Below are positions 28,301-37,909 of a DNA stretch of 64,000 bases, piece after piece. Location: IMG/VR virus record IMGVR_UViG_3300013315_000010, positions 1,407 through 65,406 of that record; one strand, 5' to 3'. The notes beneath the pieces were generated by a model, which worked only from the letters and a program-made list of their open reading frames with translations, had not been told where the DNA came from and did not search any database. Source of the DNA: a virus. Lineage: Duplodnaviria; Caudoviricetes. Position 1 is the stretch's first letter. Each line of letters opens with the position of its first letter. The position numbers and the translations under genes were made by a program.

Positions 28301-31300
28301 CAAGAAGGTAGCCAAGGTTGTCGTCGTGGAAAGGCAGGAAGATCTCCCTGAGTCGGCTCATGAATCACGAATGAGTGGGCGGACCGATGCTATGTGGGAC
28401 GAAGCTACTGACACCGTGTACTTTGTTGCCGAAAACATTCCGAGTGCCAAACGCGCTGTTGAGCTGTGGCTGCATGAGCAGGTTGGTCACAAGGGTCTTT
28501 TGAAACTGTTCGCAGATCAAGGGGCTGACTTTAACGAATTTTTAGACTTTGCTTACAACACCGTCAAGAAGAACAAAAAGCTTTTTAATGATGTGGCCAA
28601 GCTGTACAAAGATAAATCTTTAGAAGATAAGTCTTTGAACGAGCAAGAGCGGAAGAGTAAAGAGCAGGATCAGAAGAGGCTCATCGTTGAAGAAATCATA
28701 GCTCGTCGGGCAGAAAAATTAAATCCGTTCGCACGAAAGCAGATCTTTCAGCGGTTCCTTGATTTCATGAACAAGTGGCTCGGGCACATCACAGGGTACA
28801 GCACCGATCCAATCCGGGTAACAATGAAGGACATCGACACACTCCTTGAAGCAGCCAAGAACAAGCTCATCCACGATGAGTATCGGGACTGGCTGGAATT
28901 CAGGGAGAATGATGACGTATACATTGCTGCCCTTAAGGAGGTAGCTGAAAAGTCTCCGAAGGCGTTGACGTGGTACAGAAACCACCACAAGCTGGTTGAT
29001 GACGTTTTCGGTGATGATGCTCCGATCGTCCATGCGGTCTTGGGCGTGATGTCTCAGGCTGTGAGTGTGAAGGCCAATGGCGTGTTCTTTGCCAAGTCTT
29101 TCTTGTACCTGGCCGGTAAGCTCGACAAACCGGGTGGACGGTTTCCGAATGCTGTTCGGGAAAAGCTTGACGCTTTTGCCAAGGGGGATATCTCTGCCCT
29201 TGCTGGCAAGGCTGTAAAGATCGATGAGTTTTTGCGCTCGTTGTTTGGGGACCTGAAGGGGACCACAAACGACAGGTGGATGCACCGGGCTTTCTTTGGC
29301 CCGGCAATGCTCACCTGGAAAAAACTCGAAAGGATGTTTGCATATAACGCACAACAGCGTCTTCTTAAAAAGAAGGGGCTGGTTAAAACTGCCGGGACGA
29401 TTGGTCCTGACGAGCTGGATGCTCACTTCAGTGTGGATGAAAACACTGCCTCTCGTCACAAGCTGTTTGATCTCGCCCAACGGATGACAGACGAGACCGG
29501 TCGCCAGTGGCACCCGGTCGAAGTCCAGGCAGCCCTTTGGGTGTACCGTATGGCAAAGGATGAGGGTAAGACCCTTGAGGACGCATCGTTTGATTACAAC
29601 GACACGTTGACTCGCCAGTCCCCCGCACTTGATGGGATGACACCAATCGAGTACCTGCGTAAACATCTGGGAGATGAGCTGGGTCAGCTTCACAAAAGGA
29701 TCAAGTTGCCTCTGGCTACCCTATTCCCCCGTGTTTCAAAGCTGGAAAAACAGTACTTGAGATACCTTAAAAAGAAGGGTGTCAAGCAAATTGATACCTA
29801 CAGTACAGAGCCTGGTGTTGATCTTGGGATGGGGGTTCACTACAGTGAAGCCGAACTCAATGAGGGAAATTTCCTTATTGCCACACCCGCAGATGACCCG
29901 ATGTTTATGAACAACCACAGCCGCAGCGATATCTTCAATCGTCAGGAAGAAGGCAAGCGCTATGGTGCTGTAGCTCCTTATGCCGAGCTGGTTTATTTCT
30001 ACGAGGCTGGCTCTCAACCTGAAGTTCAACTGGCAAGCAAAAAGAAGGTTTACAATGTATCCTTTAAAGGTGCCAAGATCTATGATGCTGTGAGTGATGC
30101 CCTTGATCTGTGGGAAACTGCCAATAACATTCTTTCCAAGGAACTGGCGAGGAAAAGCGCGGAAACTGCAAAACGCGCCGGGCTAAACCCCGGACAGGTT
30201 CGTACCGGTAATCCTACAACTGCTGCCCTGACAAACATGGTGGCCAAGATGATCCAGGAGGAAGGGTATGATGGCTTTGTAACAAGGGCTCCCACGGGTC
30301 TTCGAAGAGGGGGTGGCCAAGGTCGATGGGTCTTGATGTTCAAACAAAAGGCCATTGAGCATGTCACCACTTCTGGTGCTGTTGGAATCAGTGATGTTGT
30401 CGAGTCCATCGAAAAGGGTATGCCCCAGGATATCGGGGATGCCTCCAAGATAATGAAACAACGGGCTGAGGCTTTTCAAACCCGCACCATGGAAATCAGC
30501 CGGAACTACAATGAAGTCCGGATAGACAGGTGGGACCCGGCAGTCGCCAGGTTCGGTGAAGCGACATCCGGTAGTCTTGAAGTTTCAAGCGCTGTAACCA
30601 TGACTGGTCCGATACCAGCACTTCGGGCTTTATTGGCCGAGGTTGGTATAGAAAATGCTCAACGCCAGATCTACTTGATGCACACCAAAGGTACCCCCAA
30701 TGGTACTATGATCAAGATGAAGGTTAACAGGAAGTTCAAGGACTATGCAAAGCTCAAGGCAGAGCTGGAATCAAATGGTCTGACAAACTTCAATTTGACC
30801 TCAAATGGATTTGGAGATATCTATCTTGAGCAGTTTGTTGGTGACTGGGACAGTGATGTTCTTGACAAACTGAATAATCTCTACGATATTGTAGGGGATA
30901 CCTCAATTCCATTCGAGCAAACCAGAATTTGCTCTGATATCCTTGGTGACCCTGAAGGTAGTGCGGATATCGATGCTGCACTGCATGGCTACAAAAAGGA
31001 TCTGATCGAGTACTTTGGACAACAAAAAGGAAACGAAATTTATGACCACGCAATCGAAAGACGAGAAGCCCGACTCAAAGACCTTCGAGCAAAAAATGCA
31101 GGAGTTCCTAAAAAAGGGCAGAGCGGTGGAAGTCCAACTCCCCAAGGACTGGGCACGGGCAATAATCCCACACCGGGACAACCAAGAGTAAGGTTCTCCA
31201 AAGCCTTCCGTCATCTTAACCTGCGAGAAACCCCTGAAGGGTTTGTTTCACACCTAAAGCATTACGCCTCCGCAACGACAAGCTGGTTCAAAGACAGCTG

Positions 31301-33752
31301 GGCCTCGCTCTTTGATGGCCGGTTGGGTGAAGCCCTATTCGATGACCTGGCACGAGTTCAGCAAATCGAAGAGGGCCAAGACCTGGCTCCATCCATGAGT
31401 GGGTGGAAGTCACTGCGAATGATGCGCTCTCTTGGAGCTATCATGGGTACCATGCTTCGTGAAGGCACCCTGGTTTACGACCAGGGTAACCATCACGTTC
31501 GTCTTGGGGAACGAGACGGTGGGTTGCTAAAACCCTTCGAGAAAATGGACCAAAAAACGTTTGCTCGGATCAAGGCCAGGTTACTGGCCGAGAGAGTGGA
31601 TTCCCTTTTGAAGTCCAAAAAGCTCGACCAAAAGATCCTTGACCGGATCTATGGGGATGACGAGGATGGAAATGTGATCGACCCTCGGGCTTATACAGAC
31701 GAGGTGCTTAACGACACTGCGGATCTTGCCAAGGACAGCAAGTACAACGAGGTTGTCCAACACCTGAAAAAGTACAACAACGCCATGCTTGACCTGCTTG
31801 AAAAGAGTGGGATCATCGGAGCGGATAAACGGGCCGAGTGGGAGCAGTTTGCAACCTACGTTCCGTTGAACCGTATCCTGGATAAGGACGACCACCCTGA
31901 AGTTCATGCGTCACCGATCTTCAGCAAAGCCGCAACCGTATCCGGGCCGAAGGCATTCAAGGGATCAGCCGGTTATCAAATCGGAGATCCACTTGACAAC
32001 CTGATGGCAAACTACACCTACCTTACCAATGAGGCCATGCGGAACACTGCCTTTAAAAAGGTGTTCAATGCAGCCAAGAGTGTGGGTCTGATGGTTCACG
32101 AACAGATCCCCCGATCGATGGCAATGCAACGCCGGGGTCGGGATATCATCACCATCAAGGTGGGTGGCAAGGAACAGTATATTAGGTGTGACGATACGCG
32201 GTTGTTCAACGCTCTGGCTGACCTGGATAACACCGGGTTTACCATCAAGGCGCTTAACCTGGCCAAGAAGTGGCTGACCTTTGGTGTGACAGTAAGTCCC
32301 GCATTCCGGATTCGAAACCTGATGCGTGACACCATGCACACCTGGGCATTGATGGGCAAGGTGAACCTGGTGGATGTGGCCAAGGCTATGAAGGATGTGT
32401 ACAAAGAAAGTGATGACTGGGTGGATTTGATGTCCATGGGTGGAGCCCTGACCGGGTCCTACTACAGAGCGGATAATCCCAAGGCAATTGAAAAGGAAAT
32501 TGACACCAAACGCAAGGGCCACACCAAGTTGGGTGCAGCCTGGAGATGGTGGGAAAAGATCGGAGAAGCGGCAGAGAATGCCAACCGGTTGGCTCTTTAT
32601 CGTCGGCTAAAGATGGAAGGTGCCAGTGACTTTGATGCTGCCTTTGAAGCCCGTGACCTGCTGGACTTTTCTGCCCATGGCAAGAATGGTTTGGCTCGGT
32701 TCTTGATCAGCATCGTTCCGTTCATGAATGCTCGGTTGCAAGGTCTGCACAAGATCAAACGCCAGGCATCCGGACCGGATCGTGCCAAGCTGATCATGCG
32801 CGGTGCAGCCGTGGCAACAGCATCGGTTGTTTTGCATGCCCTTAACCTGGCGATGCAAAGTGACGATGATCCCTGGTATGATGAGCTACCCGAGAGTGAT
32901 CGGTGGCTCTACTGGCACTTTGGCAAGCACATTGCCCTCCCCAAGCCGTTCGAGTTGGGTGCCGTATTTGGAGAGCTACCTGTCCAGATCATGGACTCGA
33001 TTTACCGACAGATTGCCAAGGATGATCCTGAAGCCTTCAAGGACCTTTGGGCCTTCAGCACATTCACTCTCACAGAAACTTTTAACCTTAACCCACTGGG
33101 ACAAGGTATGATCCTGGTGGAACAGCTTGCCAATAAAGACTTTTTCCGAAATCGTCCCATCGTTGACATTGGTCTACAAGGAGTGGATGCCGACCTCCAG
33201 TGGGATTACCGGTCAAGCAAGTTCTCACGAGAGCTTGGTGAGGCAATCAAGTTCAGTCCAAAACGGATTGATCATCTTGTCGAAAAGACCTTCGGCTTTG
33301 CCGGACAAGCAGCGGTTGCTGCCTTTGACCATGCGGTCGCACCGTGGATGAGCAACTACCCAACCGATCCCGCCTTGACCGTGGACTCGTTCTACTGGCT
33401 CCATGGCAGAATTCCTCGTGGTGATGCCCGGTACATTAAACAGGAGCATGAGTTCTATGACCTGTTCAGTGAGGTTGACCAAGCCATGTCCTCGTACAAA
33501 AAGATCAAGGAGCTGGATCGATCCAAAGCCAAAGAATACCGCAAGGAACACCGAGCCGAATTCAAGGTTGAAGGGTTGATGGACAGTGTCAAAAAAAGGC
33601 TCTCCAAGCTCAAAAAACGGGAACAGGAGATTTATCTGGACACCAAACTATCCGCAGAGGAAAAACGGGAAGAGTTAGATGATCTCACCAACAAGAGACA
33701 CGAGATCATTAAGCGCAAACTGGATAGGATCAAAGAAAGGTACTATGAATAA
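25398..33752 (+). CDS. giant polyvalent ejection protein (GNAT, zincin peptidase, HhH-like, ART-like and LPD38-like domains)
   Basis: 2784 aa. GNAT (QHQGVGTRFVREL), metallopeptidase (LHEQVGH), TNDRWMHR...VQAALW, GVHYS...GYDGFV, and a C-terminal YDELPESDRW..W...LPKPFELG...SPKRIDHL domain. Confidence 0.8.
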   Translation: MDFDALEKEYQASLKSDDEADTADTVDFDALEQEYQGSLEEDSADEPRKSKRKKKKGALDNVGRIVKDTAVTVAKGTSDIVGAGLGLSELSQGSRLRQGIMKAIGKPADTLSPGWVLEKTTGYTPKKADEALEEMYSDEQQAANQQVEEAHGFVGKAKEMIENPSTIYHGAVRSVPSSLAGGVVGRAVAPAFNAVAPRVLAKVAPKLASKVDDIAAPVAGAFGEGLIGTGQSIQSIKDQTPGGDISDTQLALGVASGIGTGLFSVIGNRISQKAGLADIDTMLISKGAKETKKGVARRMIEGGFTESVLEELPQGIQEQIFMNAATDKPLLHGVPEGMAQSILTALPMGASVNALSRKSTPDEQGPKSSTTPVDLDSAIGLHTEPDKQAFTSGASSDDIVQAKSAEQENAILKAAREAEAQQIVAEQQAAQAEAENQAKAEQVQAQQTQDYKAKLATNQNLQQIFDATEDLSGTLSVTSNLLHTLEQTKTGGKFTKVTRKAHEALTMYQRAVSEGSDPSGTSNVQALQKIQYELQDYGFNTNDQLEKLLIGRLDMFLGEQIAEAQKAYEMDVPKGTRKPDILPSETDNKPVGRGLFRYGEPVVEQGAKDAQQNVIKLEPSSYQDPHAEFMNRPTSFGPDESRITQKEKIDAELQAKEQTIAHRKATSPIGLAALHQRIASENEAKRQKKESNDRALSNVRAAEEGTRSSGRSADTIQPTLLKDQGRTLSGFPKSITQGMKNLDPTNKAQVAETERVMLERVKGSTELNPVAKAALTERTKKFFTELRSRQSSGENRLKLGKNPAAPTGKVRYSMSAVPKQAGPATSAKELNQRWEKAGVRNAVLDKGDTMELLSVEVPHLAQHQGVGTRFVRELTNLADATGKTVKLLASPLGVGKGKSATSTEAKRLRKFYEGHGFAVTKAEEDGSGYWMERPAVRYAKTSAKKKGKFTKHSTQIIYDAINQVQSMSKKVAKVVVVERQEDLPESAHESRMSGRTDAMWDEATDTVYFVAENIPSAKRAVELWLHEQVGHKGLLKLFADQGADFNEFLDFAYNTVKKNKKLFNDVAKLYKDKSLEDKSLNEQERKSKEQDQKRLIVEEIIARRAEKLNPFARKQIFQRFLDFMNKWLGHITGYSTDPIRVTMKDIDTLLEAAKNKLIHDEYRDWLEFRENDDVYIAALKEVAEKSPKALTWYRNHHKLVDDVFGDDAPIVHAVLGVMSQAVSVKANGVFFAKSFLYLAGKLDKPGGRFPNAVREKLDAFAKGDISALAGKAVKIDEFLRSLFGDLKGTTNDRWMHRAFFGPAMLTWKKLERMFAYNAQQRLLKKKGLVKTAGTIGPDELDAHFSVDENTASRHKLFDLAQRMTDETGRQWHPVEVQAALWVYRMAKDEGKTLEDASFDYNDTLTRQSPALDGMTPIEYLRKHLGDELGQLHKRIKLPLATLFPRVSKLEKQYLRYLKKKGVKQIDTYSTEPGVDLGMGVHYSEAELNEGNFLIATPADDPMFMNNHSRSDIFNRQEEGKRYGAVAPYAELVYFYEAGSQPEVQLASKKKVYNVSFKGAKIYDAVSDALDLWETANNILSKELARKSAETAKRAGLNPGQVRTGNPTTAALTNMVAKMIQEEGYDGFVTRAPTGLRRGGGQGRWVLMFKQKAIEHVTTSGAVGISDVVESIEKGMPQDIGDASKIMKQRAEAFQTRTMEISRNYNEVRIDRWDPAVARFGEATSGSLEVSSAVTMTGPIPALRALLAEVGIENAQRQIYLMHTKGTPNGTMIKMKVNRKFKDYAKLKAELESNGLTNFNLTSNGFGDIYLEQFVGDWDSDVLDKLNNLYDIVGDTSIPFEQTRICSDILGDPEGSADIDAALHGYKKDLIEYFGQQKGNEIYDHAIERREARLKDLRAKNAGVPKKGQSGGSPTPQGLGTGNNPTPGQPRVRFSKAFRHLNLRETPEGFVSHLKHYASATTSWFKDSWASLFDGRLGEALFDDLARVQQIEEGQDLAPSMSGWKSLRMMRSLGAIMGTMLREGTLVYDQGNHHVRLGERDGGLLKPFEKMDQKTFARIKARLLAERVDSLLKSKKLDQKILDRIYGDDEDGNVIDPRAYTDEVLNDTADLAKDSKYNEVVQHLKKYNNAMLDLLEKSGIIGADKRAEWEQFATYVPLNRILDKDDHPEVHASPIFSKAATVSGPKAFKGSAGYQIGDPLDNLMANYTYLTNEAMRNTAFKKVFNAAKSVGLMVHEQIPRSMAMQRRGRDIITIKVGGKEQYIRCDDTRLFNALADLDNTGFTIKALNLAKKWLTFGVTVSPAFRIRNLMRDTMHTWALMGKVNLVDVAKAMKDVYKESDDWVDLMSMGGALTGSYYRADNPKAIEKEIDTKRKGHTKLGAAWRWWEKIGEAAENANRLALYRRLKMEGASDFDAAFEARDLLDFSAHGKNGLARFLISIVPFMNARLQGLHKIKRQASGPDRAKLIMRGAAVATASVVLHALNLAMQSDDDPWYDELPESDRWLYWHFGKHIALPKPFELGAVFGELPVQIMDSIYRQIAKDDPEAFKDLWAFSTFTLTETFNLNPLGQGMILVEQLANKDFFRNRPIVDIGLQGVDADLQWDYRSSKFSRELGEAIKFSPKRIDHLVEKTFGFAGQAAVAAFDHAVAPWMSNYPTDPALTVDSFYWLHGRIPRGDARYIKQEHEFYDLFSEVDQAMSSYKKIKELDRSKAKEYRKEHRAEFKVEGLMDSVKKRLSKLKKREQEIYLDTKLSAEEKREELDDLTNKRHEIIKRKLDRIKERYYE

Positions 33753-34193
33753 ATGGGTCTGCTAAGTGTTTTGGCTCTGGGCAAACAGGCCGGGGATGCG
33801 ATTGCATCCCCGGTCGAAGCCGTGGGCAACGTATTAGATAAGCTCTTTACCAGCGATGAGGAGAGAGCTGTCGCGGCTCAAGTCATTGAGAAACTCAGGC
33901 AGCACCCACAGGAGCTGCAGGTTGAGATCAACAAGCTTGAAGCCCAGCACCGTTCTTGGTTCGTCGCCGGGTGGCGACCGTTCATTGGGTGGGTCTGTGG
34001 TGTCTCCCTTGGGACATACTACATACCCCAGTTCATCCTTGCCAGTATCTTATGGCTGAGGGTGAGTTGGGCAGCCAGCTCCCTGGCACCCTATCCTATT
34101 GACAACGTCGAGGGGCTGTTTGAGCTGGTGATTGCAATGCTTGGTTTGGCTGGTTTCCGCATGGTCGAAAAGTTTGGAGGCAAGGCGAAATAA
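33753..34193 (+). CDS. holin, 3TM gene-transfer-release type
   Basis: LEAQHRSWFVAGWRPFIGWVCG ... LVIAMLGLAGFRMVEKFGG signature. Confidence 0.85.
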   Translation: MGLLSVLALGKQAGDAIASPVEAVGNVLDKLFTSDEERAVAAQVIEKLRQHPQELQVEINKLEAQHRSWFVAGWRPFIGWVCGVSLGTYYIPQFILASILWLRVSWAASSLAPYPIDNVEGLFELVIAMLGLAGFRMVEKFGGKAK

Positions 34194-34194
34194 C

Positions 34195-34488
34195 ATGACA
34201 CCTGAACAACACACTGAACTCCTTGTTCGACTGGATGAACGCACTGAGGAGCTTTGCGGCAAGATGGATTATTTTTTTTCGAAGGCTGACAATGGGGGGT
34301 GGTCTCGATGTAAGCTTAACATGGCTGAAATCGCTGAACTCAAACGGGAGAGCAAAGAGCGGGACGAACAGGCCAGATGGTATCGTCGTGCCGCAGGAGG
34401 AGCGATTGTTGTCCTGATGGTCAACTCGTTCTTTGGGCCTATTGTGGCCCTATTCCAGAAACTATTGTCAGCCATAATCCCCGGGTAA
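34195..34488 (+). CDS. holin/XhlA-like membrane protein
   Basis: Coiled-coil N-terminus (LLVRLDERTEEL) plus a C-terminal transmembrane segment. Confidence 0.55.
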   Translation: MTPEQHTELLVRLDERTEELCGKMDYFFSKADNGGWSRCKLNMAEIAELKRESKERDEQARWYRRAAGGAIVVLMVNSFFGPIVALFQKLLSAIIPG

Positions 34489-34524
34489 AAACTAACAATT
34501 GACTAACAATGAAACAACGCATTG

Positions 34525-34562
34525 AAGCCTATCTCCTTTAATTTCGGGGAGATAGGCTTTTT
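34525..34562 (+). terminator. late-operon intrinsic terminator
   Basis: AAGCCTATCTCC / GGAGATAGGCTT stem followed by a T run. Confidence 0.85.
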
Positions 34563-34651
34563 GTTTGCACCATCCTGAAAACTATTTTGGGGGTGAGGCC
34601 CTTGCATTGCGTAAAGTAGCATTACGATTATGCAATTCAATCTTTTCCCAC

Positions 34652-34696
34652 TTGACAATTGATTTTTTATGTTCTATATTATTACGGTATCGTAAT
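34652..34696 (+). promoter_or_regulatory. sigma70 promoter of the integrase with palindromic operator
   Basis: TTGACA-17-TATATT, immediately followed by ATTACGGTATCGTAAT. A weaker operator copy lies at 34621-36. Confidence 0.75.
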
Positions 34697-34768
34697 GATA
34701 CCCAATGAGATCCGCAAGTTGCAGCATGTGACAAAACTAACAATAGGCTAACAAAAAAGGAGGGGGAT

Positions 34769-35989
34769 ATGAGTTACCAGGTGGGAAAAAGGGTGAAGGT
34801 CAAGGGTAAGCCCGGCCTTTACATCTATGCCGGGAAGGGGATGACCAACGGACGGCAGCCTCTGTGTTATTATTTCACCTACCGCAAGAGCGGGTATATA
34901 AAGGTGGGGTGGAATCACGAGGGCTTCACTCTCAGCGATGCCGAGAACAAACGCCAGCAATACATCCTCAACCTGAGAGAGGGGATCAACCCTGACGATG
35001 ACAACAAAAAGCAGATCACCTTTAACCAGGGATGGGATCAGTTTATGAACTACGCCAATGAGACCCACATGCCCCGGGTGATGTCCTTCAGGTCTGCCAA
35101 TAAAGTTTATTTCAAAAGAGCCTTCGGCTCCAAGGCAGTACGCATGATCACCAAAACGGACATTGAAAGGTTTATGGGAAAGTTACCGGCACACCTTTCC
35201 CAAAATTACCAGGTGTCCATCCTTACCCGGCTCCGGACCTTTTTCAACCACATGGTTGATGAGGGTGTGTGCCTGGCCAACCCATGCCGTGGAATTAAAA
35301 AGTACCGGCGCAATAACAACACCAAGGAGCGATACCTTGAGCTCCATGAGATTGAGGCCCTGAAAGAATTGTGTGACCATTATATATCCACGGCCAGCAC
35401 CATGGAGGATCGGTTGGCATGGACAGAGACACGAGCCCAGATCCTGCTCATGGTCGAGATGGGGTTGCGCCGGAGTGAGGTCCGCGACTTCCAGCGGGAT
35501 GCAAAAGAACGCAACGTAAATTACAGCCTTCTCTGGGAACGGATCAACTGGGAGACCCGGATGGTCCTGATTGTTGGTAAGGGGAACAAAACCCGGGTGG
35601 TCAAGATGACCTCCCAGGTGGAGGAAGCCTTGCGAACCTTGGGTGTCCAAAAGCGTGGCCCGGTATTTACGGCCACACGATTCTTGCAAATCAAAAGACT
35701 GATCCAAGAGCTTAATATGAACCACGGACTTGACAAAACCAATCCGGATGACCGGCGACATTGGGTATCGTGTCACACCTTCCGACACACCTTCGGCACC
35801 TACGCAGCCCTTAAAACGATGGACCTGCGACTGGTAGCCAAGCTGATGGGACACAGTGTGGCGACCACCACGGAAACATACAGCCACCTGATCAAAGGTG
35901 AGGAAGCGGCAGCGATGGATAAGCTGAGTGAATTCTATTTGACACAACCAGGGGCCAAGGTAATCCCCTTGACCAGCCGTCGATCGTAA
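34769..35989 (+). CDS. int: tyrosine integrase
   Basis: Catalytic R-K-H-R-H-Y residues: GLRRSE, GKGNK, HTFRH, LMGH, TETYSH. N-terminal arm-binding-like domain; RBS AGGAGG. Confidence 0.93.
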   Translation: MSYQVGKRVKVKGKPGLYIYAGKGMTNGRQPLCYYFTYRKSGYIKVGWNHEGFTLSDAENKRQQYILNLREGINPDDDNKKQITFNQGWDQFMNYANETHMPRVMSFRSANKVYFKRAFGSKAVRMITKTDIERFMGKLPAHLSQNYQVSILTRLRTFFNHMVDEGVCLANPCRGIKKYRRNNNTKERYLELHEIEALKELCDHYISTASTMEDRLAWTETRAQILLMVEMGLRRSEVRDFQRDAKERNVNYSLLWERINWETRMVLIVGKGNKTRVVKMTSQVEEALRTLGVQKRGPVFTATRFLQIKRLIQELNMNHGLDKTNPDDRRHWVSCHTFRHTFGTYAALKTMDLRLVAKLMGHSVATTTETYSHLIKGEEAAAMDKLSEFYLTQPGAKVIPLTSRRS

Positions 35990-36019
35990 ATAAAAGGGCA
36001 CTCAAGTGCCATTAAAACA

Positions 36020-36090
36020 AAAAAAAAGCCCCCCAGATTCAAAGGACCGTATTATCGATCCGATGAACCCGGGGGGCTTTCGTTTTTTGT
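36020..36090. terminator. bidirectional terminator at the convergent junction
   Basis: A-run-GCCCCCC ... GGGGGGCTTT-T-run between int and the minus-strand operon. Confidence 0.65.
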
Positions 36091-36290
36091 TCAAATGTGA
36101 TCCCTGTTCATAAATAATGAACACTCTTATCCGAGATCCTCACCACAACAAAGGCATCGCATATCCGGCTCACTCCCATTGGCGCTGTAATAATACACCC
36201 CGGCATTGTGACCTCTTGCCCTGCACCAAAAGTTTTCCCACCCGGTGCACCCAATGAGCAGGTACTGCCACCATTCCAGGCTAAACCACT

Positions 36291-36569
36291 TTACCATGGT
36301 TCCACCTCACACAGCATCTGAGCGGATTGAGTCAACTGTTCATTATAGTTGTTCAATTTACGGTAGAGTTGTTCCCGCGCAGAGCGAAGGGATTCTATAC
36401 AAGCCTTAATAGCATCAGCCGGGGACAAAAAAACCTCACCTTTATACCAACGTATCCTGTAATCGAGGAACTCGTGCAAGACGATCATTTTATCAGTGAC
36501 CGAAGCGATCTCGGCAGACAGAAGTTCAACCTTACCATCATCGGTTGCTTTGCACAAATAAGCTTTCAT
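36291..36569 (-). CDS. hypothetical protein
   Basis: 92-aa ORF coupled to the upstream gene. Confidence 0.6.
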   Translation of the reverse strand: MKAYLCKATDDGKVELLSAEIASVTDKMIVLHEFLDYRIRWYKGEVFLSPADAIKACIESLRSAREQLYRKLNNYNEQLTQSAQMLCEVEPW

Positions 36570-37192
36570 TGATCTTCCCCCTTTCCTTTCGGAACCTCAT
36601 CGTGAAAAATTGTTTGTTTAAACATTGCCCCGGATGCCGTGTGAAAAATCACCACACCCTCGGGGTTCATGTACCCTGGAGCAGCCACACTCCCAGTCAC
36701 CTGTAAAGACCAGAGGGTATGAATAATCTTCCCCTCATCAAACATCCCCTGGTAAAGGACAGGGACAACATGAACACCTGGTATCCTGGGCAAACCGTCT
36801 TTCCACCTGGTGGTATTGAACAAGCTGAATCGTTTTTCTTTCAAGCCATACTTTCGTTGGATGCCACTGCCCCACCATTCACCAAAGTGTCTGCCATGCC
36901 CAAGCTGGATTAAATCCGATGCATTCTGCTGCGCCCAGGAAGCAAATCCGTAGTTATCGTTTAGGGGTGTGACCCACCGAGACTTACTCCCAGCTGCCAG
37001 GTGAATACCATTCTCATCACACAGCCACGGGACCCCATCAGGTGGGGTCCCAAATAGATTGTCTGTGTCAGGATTGATGCCCAACTCATCCCAGATAAAG
37101 ATCTGGCCGTTGGTGCCATCAATCTTTTCCGTCACAATGATATCGCGCCTGAGCCGTGCGATCTTGGGGAAAGCAATGTATGTATCACTCAT
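36566..37192 (-). CDS. RNA ligase (Rnl2-like, ATP-dependent)
   Basis: Motif I EKIDGTN; GSKSR, FGEWWGSGIQ, FSLFN, VVPVLYQG, PEGVV and FK. Start at MSDTY (37192). Confidence 0.88.
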   Translation of the reverse strand: MSDTYIAFPKIARLRRDIIVTEKIDGTNGQIFIWDELGINPDTDNLFGTPPDGVPWLCDENGIHLAAGSKSRWVTPLNDNYGFASWAQQNASDLIQLGHGRHFGEWWGSGIQRKYGLKEKRFSLFNTTRWKDGLPRIPGVHVVPVLYQGMFDEGKIIHTLWSLQVTGSVAAPGYMNPEGVVIFHTASGAMFKQTIFHDEVPKGKGEDQ

Positions 37193-37560
37193 TTGCCACC
37201 TCCAAATCCGATCTTGTTCTTGACATCCCCGTCGATCAGGGTGGCGATAGCCCACATATCCCGCAAGCTGAGGTCTCCCTTTTTGTTGAAATTAGAGCAG
37301 TCCGCGATGCGGTGTCGGCCCAGCTTCACGTTGTACATGCTACAGCTGGCATAAACAATTTGGTGCATGTCATCCTCGGCATACTCATAATGGCTACACT
37401 TGGCACACACTCCCACGGTCTGGGCATGGTTGGGACCAAACCGATTACCAGGACCATCATCATAGCGCACATTGGTTCCCACAAGGGAAGCAGTGCTGGT
37501 AATTTCTTGATAGCCTTTGGACTCTTCCGTGGGTTCAAGTTCACTTACCTTCTTTGCCAA
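37189..37560 (-). CDS. Cys-rich hypothetical protein
   Basis: TTG start after AGGAGG; contains CAKCSH...CSM...CSNF. Confidence 0.55.
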   Translation of the reverse strand: MAKKVSELEPTEESKGYQEITSTASLVGTNVRYDDGPGNRFGPNHAQTVGVCAKCSHYEYAEDDMHQIVYASCSMYNVKLGRHRIADCSNFNKKGDLSLRDMWAIATLIDGDVKNKIGFGGGK

Positions 37561-37792
37561 TGTCTTCCTCCTTTGCTTTTGATTTTTTAAATCCACCCCC
37601 AACTCCTTTTCGAGCGGGGTTGGTTCCAAATCGGAACGGGTAAAGAGGGCAGTATGGAATCGGACAAAGGGTAATTTCCTTGTGCCTCCAGTTTGCACAC
37701 TCCAAACAGTTCTCTCGGATCGCCTTGATGGGAGTGAGGGACACCTCCCTCAACTCCCCTTCCCAATTTTTGATCATGTGCTTTACAGCCAT
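37541..37792 (-). CDS. small Zn-finger-like protein
   Basis: KAIRENCLEC...ITLCPIPYCPLYPFRFG. Confidence 0.7.
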   Translation of the reverse strand: MAVKHMIKNWEGELREVSLTPIKAIRENCLECANWRHKEITLCPIPYCPLYPFRFGTNPARKGVGGGFKKSKAKEEDIGKEGK

Positions 37793-37909
37793 TCTTTTAT
37801 GCCCTCCTCTTCATACGATTGGATGTGGAATACTCTGGGATACCTCGTCCTTTTGCCCAGGTGGACTTCCCACTTCGGGGAAGTCCCACGGTTACCAGCA
37901 ATCTCATTT

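Larger units (their letters stand above)
34491..34755. mobile_element. putative attP with arm-type repeat pairs
   Basis: ACTAACAAT pairs at 34491/34502 and 34736/34747 (11-bp period), directly upstream of the integrase. Confidence 0.55.

Noticed and set aside
25034-33551. Numerous long antisense ORFs (e.g. 28719-29693, 35183-36001, 57714-58397)
   Set aside because: They are shadow frames opposite well-supported genes and have no RBS or recognisable domains.
25398-33752. Giant protein as an N4-like virion RNA polymerase (suggested by the N4-type MCP)
   Set aside because: No single-subunit RNAP motifs were recognised; it shows polyvalent-effector domains instead.
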